This document shows, in pieces, positions 10,347-20,200 of a DNA stretch of 64,000 nucleotides. The DNA is taken from positions 23,608 to 87,607 of the forward strand of contig JAEEQA010000001.1 in NCBI GenBank assembly GCA_016285085.1. The letters are read 5' to 3'. Source of the DNA: Bacteroidales bacterium (GTDB lineage Bacteria > Bacteroidota > Bacteroidia > Bacteroidales > WCHB1-69). Both the position numbers and the translations under genes were made by a program. The stretch's first letter is position 1. The number at the start of each line of letters is the position of its first letter. The notes beneath the pieces were generated by a model. The model did no database searches, had not been told where the DNA came from, and was given only the letters and a program-made list of their open reading frames with translations.

Positions 10347-11708
10347 ATGAACAAGATAATTAAACGCGCATTGGTGGTTTTGTCCGTTGTCCTCCCCATC
10401 GCATTTCTGTCCGTCATCGGGACAGCATTGGCGCAGACGACCCCTCTCACCGTAGAGAACATCGCATGGTGGGATCCCGATTATCCGACCGTCACTTGGA
10501 GCGGAGCCATCCGCGTGGACGGCGACGGACAAAAGGCCGTGGACTATATCGCAGGGCTTCTTCCCAACGCCAAACCTGCTGACAAATCGTACAAGTGGAA
10601 CATTTCCGACAGTTTTATTCTGTTGGGTTCGCGCCTGGTGTCGGTGGATGGCCGCGACATGCGCGGGGCGAGCGTGAACCGTGTCAATGAAATCCTGTCG
10701 GAGCCGGGCAACCACAAGCTCCGCCTGAACCACGCCACCGAAGGCGACTACGAGGCGGTCATCAACACGGAACTGCCGATGTGGATGCAGGCTTACGGCT
10801 TCCATCCCCTCACCTGCACATGGGAAAAGAAGACCTTGACTCCGCCTGAAAACATCGTCATCCGCATGGACCGCGATGTGAAATGGCGCAACTTCAAAAC
10901 TTACGATTTGCTCATTCTCAGCGACGATGTCCTCGCTGACAAGGAGTTGCTGGAGAAAATCGGCGACCAAATGGGCAGCCTCGGCCTCCGGCGCAATACC
11001 GAGAACCCCGATATCCTCATCACCATCACCAAGGATGCCAACAAGAGTGTGGAATATACCTATGTGCCCGAAACCACCGAGCATGTGCAGACCGGCAGCA
11101 ATACATACGCAATGTACGGATACAAAGGGCATTACCTCGGAAATTTCTCGGTTAACAAGTACCAGACGGTGACCTCGGGCGGCTACACCCACAAGAGTGC
11201 CACCACCACCGTTTACCTTGAAGTGTCGATGCTGGAAGCGGCACGCATCGGTGAGAAAGTCCTTCCGATGGTTTACCAGATGAAGTACAATTTCAACCGC
11301 AACAGCGATGAGAATGTGGACAAATTGTACAACAGTGCCGTGGAATGGGTGCAACACCCTCTTTTTGCGGCGATGCCCCGGATGAGTTCCACCACTTGCA
11401 CCCGGTATTTGTATGGCAAAATTCCACTCATCAACTTCGGTATCGTGGTGGATGCCGATGGCGTGGTGCGCGGTATCGACAGCAATTCCGACGTGGTGAA
11501 AAAATCTGGAATCCGCCCTGGCGACCGCATCCTGCGTATCAAGTGTACCCAACGTGGAAGTATGCGTAGTTATCGTGGCAAAGATTCCTATTCAGGCAGC
11601 ATCACGGTGCAACGCGACGGCGCCGAACAAACTCTCTCCTTCGCCAATTGTCACCGCACAAACTCCTATTCCATGACTTTCAGCGGCATTTACAATGTTG
11701 TAAAATAA
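10347..11708 (+). CDS. Hypothetical exported or membrane-anchored protein with PDZ-like segments.
   Basis: N-terminal hydrophobic signal/anchor MNKIIKRALVVLSVVLPIAFLSVIGTALAQ. C-terminal GIRPGDRILRI is PDZ-like. A TAttTTTG box lies upstream at about 10313. Confidence 0.6.
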   Translation: MNKIIKRALVVLSVVLPIAFLSVIGTALAQTTPLTVENIAWWDPDYPTVTWSGAIRVDGDGQKAVDYIAGLLPNAKPADKSYKWNISDSFILLGSRLVSVDGRDMRGASVNRVNEILSEPGNHKLRLNHATEGDYEAVINTELPMWMQAYGFHPLTCTWEKKTLTPPENIVIRMDRDVKWRNFKTYDLLILSDDVLADKELLEKIGDQMGSLGLRRNTENPDILITITKDANKSVEYTYVPETTEHVQTGSNTYAMYGYKGHYLGNFSVNKYQTVTSGGYTHKSATTTVYLEVSMLEAARIGEKVLPMVYQMKYNFNRNSDENVDKLYNSAVEWVQHPLFAAMPRMSSTTCTRYLYGKIPLINFGIVVDADGVVRGIDSNSDVVKKSGIRPGDRILRIKCTQRGSMRSYRGKDSYSGSITVQRDGAEQTLSFANCHRTNSYSMTFSGIYNVVK

Positions 11709-11720
11709 ATTGACGGCAAT

Positions 11721-12530
11721 ATGAAAACAAGACATAATCTTCTCCTGATCGCATTGCTGCTGTTGGTTTCTGTTGCATCCGCACAGGACAACGTTTACCA
11801 GACCTACCGCAGCTACGAAGTTACCAGCAAGCATAACCCTGTGGCCGACATTTTGCACTGCCGCAACTCCATGTACATCCACCTCGGTTACGATATGGCA
11901 CAAATCTACGAAGCCAACTACAAAACCTTCCAAGATGTGAAGCTTCACGGCGGCTTGTTTGACTTTGGCGGCATCGTCCGCTTGTGGGGTCCTCTCGGCC
12001 TTGACCTCGGTTTTGGCTTTAACGCTTGCGGAAGCGACAAGATTCAACCTTTCCGTACGGATGTGATGACGTGGGACGGCTACGAGAAAACGTACCGTTT
12101 TAAAATAGACTACCGCGTTAACCTGATGCTGGTTTTTTGGGCCAACGTCACCGACGACATTGCCGTGCACCTTGCCACAGGACCGCGTTTCTACATCAAT
12201 TTCAGCGATTACGAACGTTCGTATATCAATGGCGAAAGTGATTTCGGCACAGACTACGAATATTTTGATATTACCGGAAACAAGAAGAACAACCGTAACC
12301 GGTATCGTTGCATCGGCACAGCGTGGTCGGTGGGCATCGGGTTCAACTACAAGCACATCGGCGTGCGCGTCAGTTACGAAATGGAACTTTATGGCCGCTA
12401 TCGTGACAGTTGGACAGAACGAGTGGGCGATTATGAGTTCCCCTTTGTTTACGACCGTCTCGCATCGGGCGACCCGCGTTTTCACCACCTCAATGTGTCG
12501 CTGTTCATTCCGCTGGTGCTTTCTCGGTGA
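11721..12530 (+). CDS. Outer-membrane beta-barrel (porin-family-like) protein.
   Basis: Signal peptide MKTRHNLLLIALLLLVSVASAQ, alternating aromatic/glycine beta-strand pattern, and a C-terminal aromatic-rich strand. Confidence 0.55.
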   Translation: MKTRHNLLLIALLLLVSVASAQDNVYQTYRSYEVTSKHNPVADILHCRNSMYIHLGYDMAQIYEANYKTFQDVKLHGGLFDFGGIVRLWGPLGLDLGFGFNACGSDKIQPFRTDVMTWDGYEKTYRFKIDYRVNLMLVFWANVTDDIAVHLATGPRFYINFSDYERSYINGESDFGTDYEYFDITGNKKNNRNRYRCIGTAWSVGIGFNYKHIGVRVSYEMELYGRYRDSWTERVGDYEFPFVYDRLASGDPRFHHLNVSLFIPLVLSR

Positions 12531-12644
12531 ACTAATTTTTTGAAGAAAGAAGAAGGTAACAAGTAGAAGGTTGCCACCGCACAAATCCCCTCTTCAAATA
12601 TCTTACCTTATACCTCATACCTTATACCTTATACCTTTTACTTT

Positions 12645-13136
12645 TTACTTTAAAAAGTTCCCCCACGCCTCTCTTAAGGAAGCGTACGAGTCTTTTAGCA
12701 ATTCCGCCACTTTGTCGCGTTCCACCCACACAGCCTGCGCAATTTGCTCCTCCGTCTGCGGTTTGACGGAACCGGCCACGGCCTCCATCTCGTACCAAAC
12801 GGTCTCTTTCAGCATTTTGGGACCGTATGTGTCGTACGTGTGGAATACGGAAAAAGACCGGGCATTTGCGATACGGGCTTGTATTCCCGTTTCTTCAAGC
12901 ACTTCACGGACAGCCGTTTCCTCAATCGTTTCGCCCTGCTCGGCTTTCCCTTTTGGAAAATCCCAAACTCCTCTCCGGAAAATCATCAGGATCTGTCCTT
13001 CGGCGTTGCGGACAATACCGCCCGCCGCACGCACATAGGTGTATTCCTCGAGCAGAACCGCAAGTTCACGCTCATTTTCAACAATTTGGAAATCGTTTCC
13101 AAAATAAACTTTGATAGGAAAAGAGGCAAGAATCAT
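12645..13136 (-). CDS. NUDIX hydrolase.
   Basis: Nudix box GVWDFPKGKAEQGETIEETAVREVLEETG. Confidence 0.85.
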   Translation of the reverse strand: MILASFPIKVYFGNDFQIVENERELAVLLEEYTYVRAAGGIVRNAEGQILMIFRRGVWDFPKGKAEQGETIEETAVREVLEETGIQARIANARSFSVFHTYDTYGPKMLKETVWYEMEAVAGSVKPQTEEQIAQAVWVERDKVAELLKDSYASLREAWGNFLK

Positions 13137-13145
13137 TGAAACCGA

Positions 13146-14306
13146 TTATCTTTTGGAAAAAAACTCCGCAAGTTTGAAATAGAAGTCAGTGAAAACCAGC
13201 ATGGTATTGGCGTTCCGTTCCAAATGACGGGAGGCTTTGTTACACTCGTTGTAAAGAGGCATCGCATTCTTCAGCGTGAAAAACGGTGCATAGGTTTCCA
13301 GTGTCTTGTACTCCTCGGCAGTAGCTTTCACCAAAAGGTTATCTTTCTGACTGACAAGTAATTCATTACGGAACATCCGGCTGAAATAGTGCATCAGGTT
13401 GCGTTGGAAATCCTTGCTGCTTTTGGAAATCTCCTTGATGATGTCTTGAATCTCAGGATAGTTCATCTCTTCAAGGTTCCCGGAGGTGACATAGGTGGAC
13501 GCACTCTTGACGAAGGCCGCGTAGTATTTCTGAAACTGGTGCAACTCCAAACTTTCATTCTTGAGACTCAACGCTTTGGCATAATTGTTTTCGGAAATCG
13601 CCGCAATGTCGGCGGCCTCCTCCTCACTGAGGCACTCCTCGTCAATGAGGTGCTGTTTGATGACCTCTTCCGGCATGGGCGGGAGTTTTACAAGCTGCGT
13701 GCGCGAAAGGATGGTGGGAAGAATGGCATCCGTGCTTTCCGCCAAAAGGATGAAAAGGGTCTTGTTTTCAGGTTCTTCCAGTGTCTTCAGCAATTTCGGG
13801 GCTGCCGTATGGTGCAACTTTTCAGCCATCCATACAATATATATTTTGTAGCCGTTCTCGTGGGCACGGACGCTGTTTTTGCGGATGATGCTGGCACAGT
13901 CGCGGATGTTGATCGATACCACCTTGTTCTCGCTTTTCAGCTCCTTCACCCAATCGTTGAAGTCAATGTGGTAGTTGTGTTCAAAGACGAAATCCCTGAA
14001 ATCCTGGGCGAAAAGGTCGGATTCAGGATCTTTTTTGACACTTCGGGCGATGCAGTTGGGGAAAATCAGGTGCAGGTCGGGATGTTGGAGCTTCTCGAAC
14101 ATCTTGCAGGAGTGGCACTTGCCGCAGGAGTCGCCGTCGTGTTTGTCCTCGCAGCAGATGTATTGGGCAAAGGCAACAGCCAAGGCGAAGTTGTGCGTGC
14201 CGTTTTTTCCGAGAAACAGCTGTGCGTGGCTGATGCGGTTTTCATCGGCCAGAAGGGCGAGGTGTCTTTTCAGCCCCTCATCCACCATTACGTCCTTGAA
14301 CTGCAT
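13146..14306 (-). CDS. holB: DNA polymerase III subunit delta'.
   Basis: Clamp-loader AAA+ fold with a degenerate P-loop (LGKNGTHNF) and Zn module CGKCHSCKMFEKLQHPDLH. SRT-like TILSRTQ. Confidence 0.75.
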   Translation of the reverse strand: MQFKDVMVDEGLKRHLALLADENRISHAQLFLGKNGTHNFALAVAFAQYICCEDKHDGDSCGKCHSCKMFEKLQHPDLHLIFPNCIARSVKKDPESDLFAQDFRDFVFEHNYHIDFNDWVKELKSENKVVSINIRDCASIIRKNSVRAHENGYKIYIVWMAEKLHHTAAPKLLKTLEEPENKTLFILLAESTDAILPTILSRTQLVKLPPMPEEVIKQHLIDEECLSEEEAADIAAISENNYAKALSLKNESLELHQFQKYYAAFVKSASTYVTSGNLEEMNYPEIQDIIKEISKSSKDFQRNLMHYFSRMFRNELLVSQKDNLLVKATAEEYKTLETYAPFFTLKNAMPLYNECNKASRHLERNANTMLVFTDFYFKLAEFFSKR

Positions 14307-14323
14307 ATCCGAAAGTTTATGGG

Positions 14324-15298
14324 TTAGGCGTGCATCAGTTTGGTGACGATGTCGTCAACAGTAATTCCCTCTGCTTCAGCCTTGTAGTTCTTGATGATAC
14401 GATGCCGCAGGATGTTTTGGGCCACGGCGCGCACATCCTCGATGTCGGGCGAGTACTTGCCGTTGAGGACGGCGTTGGTACGGGCACCGATGATGAGGAA
14501 CTGCGAGGCGCGGGGGCCGGCACCCCAGGCAAGGTAATCATTGGCCCAGGCGTGGGCGCGCTCCGTTCCGGGACGGGTCATTGCGGCGAGATTCACGGCG
14601 TACTGATAGACGTTGTCGGAAATCGGAATTTTCTGCAACAGGTTCTGGTAAAAGATGATTTCGTCCAACGTCAGCACACGGTTGGGCTCCGCCATCTTGC
14701 CGTGGATGGTGGATTTCACCACCTGTACCTCATCGTCGAAACGAGGGTAGTCCAAACGGATGTTAAACATGAAACGGTCCTGCTGGGCTTCGGGAAGAGG
14801 ATAGGTACCTTCCTGTTCCACAGGGTTTTGCGTAGCAAGGACAAAGAACGGATCGGGCAGTTGGTACGTCACACCGTTCATACTCACCGAACGCTCCTGC
14901 ATGGCTTCCAGAAGTGCCGACTGCGTTTTGGGAGGCGTACGGTTGATCTCATCCGCCAACACGATATTGGCGAAGATGGGGCCTTTCACAAATTTGAACT
15001 TGCGGGTTTCATCCAGGATTTCGGTACCCATGATGTCCGACGGCATAAGGTCGGGCGTGAACTGGATACGGTTATAAGTCAGGTCGATAGCTTTTGCTAT
15101 GGTCGTGATCATCAAGGTCTTGGCAAGTCCCGGCACACCTATAAGGAGGGCGTGGCTCCGGCTGAACATCACCATCAGGATGTCGCGTATGACATCTTCT
15201 TGTCCCACAATGACTTTGGCTATTTCCTTGCGTAGTTCGGCGTATTTTCCGACAAACGCCTCAATCGCTTCCACGTCGTTTTTGAAATTCAGTTCCAT
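14324..15298 (-). CDS. MoxR-family AAA+ ATPase.
   Basis: IVGQEDVIRDIL..LLIGVPGLAKT.. and Walker B LADEINRTPPKTQSALLEAMQE. I prefer the ATG at 15298 to the upstream start. Confidence 0.85.
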   Translation of the reverse strand: MELNFKNDVEAIEAFVGKYAELRKEIAKVIVGQEDVIRDILMVMFSRSHALLIGVPGLAKTLMITTIAKAIDLTYNRIQFTPDLMPSDIMGTEILDETRKFKFVKGPIFANIVLADEINRTPPKTQSALLEAMQERSVSMNGVTYQLPDPFFVLATQNPVEQEGTYPLPEAQQDRFMFNIRLDYPRFDDEVQVVKSTIHGKMAEPNRVLTLDEIIFYQNLLQKIPISDNVYQYAVNLAAMTRPGTERAHAWANDYLAWGAGPRASQFLIIGARTNAVLNGKYSPDIEDVRAVAQNILRHRIIKNYKAEAEGITVDDIVTKLMHA

Positions 15299-15308
15299 GT
15301 TAGTTCGT

Positions 15309-16661
15309 TTATTCGGGAATGTTCCATTTTTGCACAAAAGGACAGTTCCGATAGTTTTCGTTTATTTTTATATTTGTGATTTTCACCTTGTTGACAAGCC
15401 ATTTCTCCATCATTCCCTGCTTTTTCTCTTCGAGCGCTGCACCCTTGATGAGATCGTAGTCCTCTTTCAGGTTCGGCTTGTGCGCAGCGACCTTCGATTT
15501 CAGGTAAATGATTCTGTATGACATCTTCCCGTCTTCGTTCACATAGGCAACAGGCTGGGAGTACTCGCCCGGGATGAGTTTGCCGAGAGTGGCGAAGGTG
15601 GATGCATCAATGTAGTCTTTCTCAAACTTATAGGAGTTGTTGTAGGGATTGACACACCAGCCGCCGCTGTTTTTGTTCATATCATCGGAGAACTGCATGG
15701 CGGCCTTGCTGAAATCCATCTTCTGGTCGATGATGACCTGGCGCACACTGTCAAGGTATTCAATGGCTTTCACCTGCTCGTCGGCAGAGGGCTTCGGCTG
15801 GAGCAGGATATGGGCGACATTGACCTTATCTCCCCTTCTTTCAATCATTTGAATGATATGATAACCGGCTTTGGTCTGCACCACTTGGGATATTTCACCC
15901 GATTTCAGGTTGAAGGCGACGGCCTCAAATTCGGGGTAGAGGGCACCGCGTTCCACAAAGCCGAGTTCACCGCCCTTGGAGGCAGAGCCGGGGTCGTCGG
16001 AATAGAGGCGGGCCAGCATGGAGAATTTTTCGCCACGGAGAACGCGCTCGCGATACTCCATCAGCCGGTTCTTGATGGCGGCTATCTCCTCGTCGTTCAC
16101 GGGCGGCATCTTCACGATATGTCCGTACTCGTAAGAGGGTTCCACGGTGGGCAGACTGTCGTAGGGGATGCGGTCGTAAAAGCGCTTCACTTCCGACGGT
16201 GTGATGGTGACGTTGGATGTGATGTCCTGCTGGATTCTTTCCGCAATCATTTGATTGCGAATGATTTCCCGCATGTCTTTCTTGATCTCGTCCATCGTCT
16301 TATGGTAGGCATCCTCAATGATTTTCGTGTTGCCCCCCACCTGTGCGAGCCAATAGTTGATTTGGTACGTCACGCGTGCATCCACCTCCTGATCCGAGAT
16401 GACAATGCTGTCAACATCAGCTTGGTGTTGGTAAAGCTTCTGTTTTAGAAGTTGTTCAAAGATAAGACACCGTGTCTCGTCCTCATTATCCATGGTACTG
16501 TACTGGGCCGCATAGTTCGCATACTCCGCCTCAAGGTCGGAACGCATAATGATTTCCTTTCCCACAATGGCAATGATTTCATCTATGGTGGATTGACCCC
16601 GCAAGCAAGTAAACGGAAAACAGCTGAATAATAGCAATATAGCGGCGATAAAACGTTTCAT
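15309..16661 (-). CDS. Peptidyl-prolyl cis-trans isomerase, SurA/PpiC (parvulin) type periplasmic chaperone.
   Basis: Signal peptide and parvulin domain GGELGFVERGALYPEFEAVAFNLKSGEISQVVQTKAGYHIIQM. Confidence 0.8.
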   Translation of the reverse strand: MKRFIAAILLLFSCFPFTCLRGQSTIDEIIAIVGKEIIMRSDLEAEYANYAAQYSTMDNEDETRCLIFEQLLKQKLYQHQADVDSIVISDQEVDARVTYQINYWLAQVGGNTKIIEDAYHKTMDEIKKDMREIIRNQMIAERIQQDITSNVTITPSEVKRFYDRIPYDSLPTVEPSYEYGHIVKMPPVNDEEIAAIKNRLMEYRERVLRGEKFSMLARLYSDDPGSASKGGELGFVERGALYPEFEAVAFNLKSGEISQVVQTKAGYHIIQMIERRGDKVNVAHILLQPKPSADEQVKAIEYLDSVRQVIIDQKMDFSKAAMQFSDDMNKNSGGWCVNPYNNSYKFEKDYIDASTFATLGKLIPGEYSQPVAYVNEDGKMSYRIIYLKSKVAAHKPNLKEDYDLIKGAALEEKKQGMMEKWLVNKVKITNIKINENYRNCPFVQKWNIPE

Positions 16662-16692
16662 CCAGTTTCAAAATTTGAGGGTGCGAAAATAC

Positions 16693-16722
16693 AAAAAAAA
16701 GAAGACATCGGATGTCTTCTTT
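16693..16722 (-). terminator. Rho-independent terminator after rpmH.
   Basis: The minus strand reads AGAAGACATCcGATGTCTTCT followed by TTTTTTTT. Confidence 0.7.
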
Positions 16723-16746
16723 CGCGAAACACATAGTAAATATGTA

Positions 16747-16905
16747 TTATTTTCTTCCCATAGGTTCGTCGGAAACAGTGAGTTTCTTTCTGCCTTTGGC
16801 GCGACGTGCGGCCAAAACTCTGCGTCCGTTGGCGGTGGCCATTCTTTCTCTGAACCCGTGTTTGTTTTTACGTCTTCTGTTTGACGGTTGAAATGTCCTT
16901 TTCAT
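16747..16905 (-). CDS. rpmH: 50S ribosomal protein L34.
   Basis: Manual reverse-strand translation gives [52 protein letters not shown] (52 aa). It is below the ORF-track length cutoff. Confidence 0.9.
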   Translation of the reverse strand: MKRTFQPSNRRRKNKHGFRERMATANGRRVLAARRAKGRKKLTVSDEPMGRK

Positions 16906-17254
16906 CTTACTATTACCTTGATTATTATTTAATTATTCCTTCCAAAAATTGGGCTGCAAAAATACAACATTTTTTTTATTGTGCAAGAATTGTTCAAAAG
17001 TTTTTTTCAACTCGCTTTTTAGCCACTGCTTTTTGCCTATCAACCGTTCCTTTTTCTCCGAAATTTTTTGCCGGGTATTTTTTGAAAACATTGTTTTATT
17101 ATCTTAATTTAAGAAATTTCTTTTGATACACAATATTTTGTTTAAAATGTTAATAAAGGTTAAAGTTTTGTTTTAATACTTGAAAATAGCGCCTTTCTTG
17201 CAGTATCTTTGCATCGCTTCAATCGGCCATTAAAAAGATTTCAAATTAATTATT

Positions 17255-20200
17255 ATGAAAAATTTTGCTATTTTCTATTTTTTAATATTGTATGTAGGTA
17301 TCCTGTTCTCACAAGGGGATGAACAACAATATGCGAGGAGATTGTCAGACGAGATAGATTCTGTGTTGATTCAACGATACCGACAAGCGGCACCGTTTTT
17401 TACAGAAGCCTATCATCTTTATCCTTCGGTCCCGCGTGGAATGTTGGAGGCAGTGTCTTTCACCTATACGCGGTTTGTCCACATAAAACCTACTGTATAT
17501 CAAGAAGATGAAAACATACACCCTTCTACTTATGGTTTGATGGGGCTCACCCTTGACGGACGGGGCTTTTTTCGCAACAATTTGCACTATGTGTCCGATC
17601 TGTCGGGGTTTTCCGTGGAGGACATTGTCGCCAGGCCACGAGACAACGTGGTGGCGTACGCTGCCGCCTACGCCGCTTTGCAACAAAAGTGGGGTATCCA
17701 CTCTGACAGCTTTGAGGCGCAGATTCCCATACTGAAAGCCTTGTCGGAGTTGCCCCTTTCGGAGGACTCCGTCCTCAACTTTGCCCTCAACAGCAGTCTG
17801 TACGCCATTGCTCAATTCGTGGATGATGACCTCTTCCGTAAGGAAACGTGCGCAACGGTCGGCAAACCGGACTATTTTCGCTGTTTCGGAAAGATGCTGC
17901 CGCTACTGCGGGCAAAGGAGGTTATGCTTCCGGCAGACAGCGTCGGCGATATTCGCTCGGACGGAACTGACTACAGCGGCGCCATCTGGAATCCCGCCGG
18001 AGCGTGCAATTACAGTGTAGGACGCGGCGGGCATTCGGTTTCTGCCGTCACTATCCACTACACACAGGGGACATACGCCGGTTCTATCGCATGGTTCCAA
18101 AATTGTACCTATAACGGGGTGGGCGCCCAAGCCTCGGCACACTATGTCGTCCGCTCCATCGACGGACAGATTACGCAAATGGTGCGTGAAGCTGACAAAG
18201 CATGGCATGTGGGCAACAGCAACCCCTACACCATCGGCATTGAACACGAAGCATACGGCGACATCGCCAGCTTCTTCACGCCGGAGATGTACCAGGCATC
18301 CGCACTTCTCGTCCGCGACATCTGCGACCGCCACGGAATCTCCCCGCTCAGGATGTTCTATCGCGACACCCTCGACGACGGCACCGTCCTCAACGATGGC
18401 CTCCATAGCCTCGGCGGGGAAAGTGCTTGCGTGAAAATCCGGGGACACCAGCACTTCCCGAACCAGAGCCACACCGACCCTGGTCCCTACTGGAATTGGA
18501 ACTACTATTATAAGCTGGTGAATGACGACACCCCCGTCACTCGCCTCGAAAGCCCGTCCGGCATCCTGACCGACTCCGGCGGCCCCGATGGCGACTACGG
18601 GAACGACGAACGACGCCTGTGGCTGATACAAGTGGATGAAGCCGACAGGATAACATTGAATTTCAGTGAGTTCGATTTGGAGGAAAACTATGACTTTCTC
18701 TGGATTTACGATGGAAACACCGTCTATTCTCCGCTGCTAGGACGATGGAATACCCACTCCCCAGGCACCGTCACCTCATCTGGCAACGCCATCCTCGTGG
18801 AATTCCGCTCCGACTGCGCCACTACTGCCGCAGGCTGGATGGCAACGTGGAGATCGGAAATGACCGAAGAGATACCCGAAACAGACATCGTATGGGATGA
18901 AAGCCAATGGATTACGGAGAATTTGCAACTTTCCTTTGAAGATACAGACGAAGGCGAAATACCCTACCGATTCTACCAGATTACAGGCTGCAGTGGAGGA
19001 ACAGGGTGGACCGCTAATGCCAACAGTGGCTTTCTTTATAACGATTTTGATGGTGGAAACCTCCGGGGGTGGTCGGTGCTGCAGGGCCAATGGGAAATTG
19101 CCGACGGACAATTATGCCAACAGGCCATGGGGGTGGGGGGCATACAAACAGACCTTTCCTACAACCAAAGTGATGCGTACCTGTACGAGTTTGACATGAC
19201 CATACGGTCATGTGCGGGCGAGGCAGGAATGGCCGGAATCCAGTTTTTCAGTACAGACAATAGCACCCGCCCCAATGCCTATCGAATCGTTGCGTTACCC
19301 ACCGAAAGGCAGATTCGGATATACCGTGTCACAAGGGGAAATGAGGTCCTGCTCCACACCGTGGACGGCGTGACAATAGAAATCGGGACCGCCTACAAAT
19401 TTCAAATTGTTCATGACGCTCCCTCTGGAAAATTCCTGATTTTCCGCAACGGGACGCTACTCGGTGAGTGGCGAGAAACATCTTCGCTGCTGTTTGTTAC
19501 CGCACCATCCAAGATGTGTTTTCTCACTTCAGGAACGGCAGCATCCTTTGACAACCTTTGTGTGTACCGCTCAAGAGGGTCGTCCGTGAACGTGTCAGTT
19601 GGAAACACCTCCTTTTGTGACCTCCCGTGGCAGGCGGTGAACGGAACAGCCAAAGCCAAAGCAAGGTCCGTAATACTGAATGACCGTCAGAGATTCTCCC
19701 CCGTTGCCGAGAAATACTTCAAGGTGGACTACACCAAGCCGGCGTTTCGCAGCCCTGTCAATGTTGAGGTTTGTAAGAGTGGGGAAACGCCGTCCTCATT
19801 CGGATTGTCGGCCCATTGGAATGTTGTAACAGACTCCCATTCAGGAGTGGTTCTGTACGAATATGGCATTGCAAGCGATATGCGGCCCGATGAAATCAGG
19901 TGGATGGGGGTGGCGCGGCGACCTCAGGCCGTCATTGTGCCTATATTTAGGCTCTCGGATCCATGCTATATTGCAGTAAGGGCGCTGAATGGCGCGGGGT
20001 TATTTTCGAAGCCAGTGTTTTCAAAAATACCGCAGGTGTCAAATGTAAAGTACAAAAGGTGTGAACTTATGGAAGATTTTGCCAAAGAGGGTGTGTCCTC
20101 GTGGAGTTACGATGACGAAGATGATGACTCGGAGAGTGGAATGCAGGGACAACAGCAGAAGAAAAACGGGGATTCTTTGAAAAAAGCCCTTTGTTTGTGG

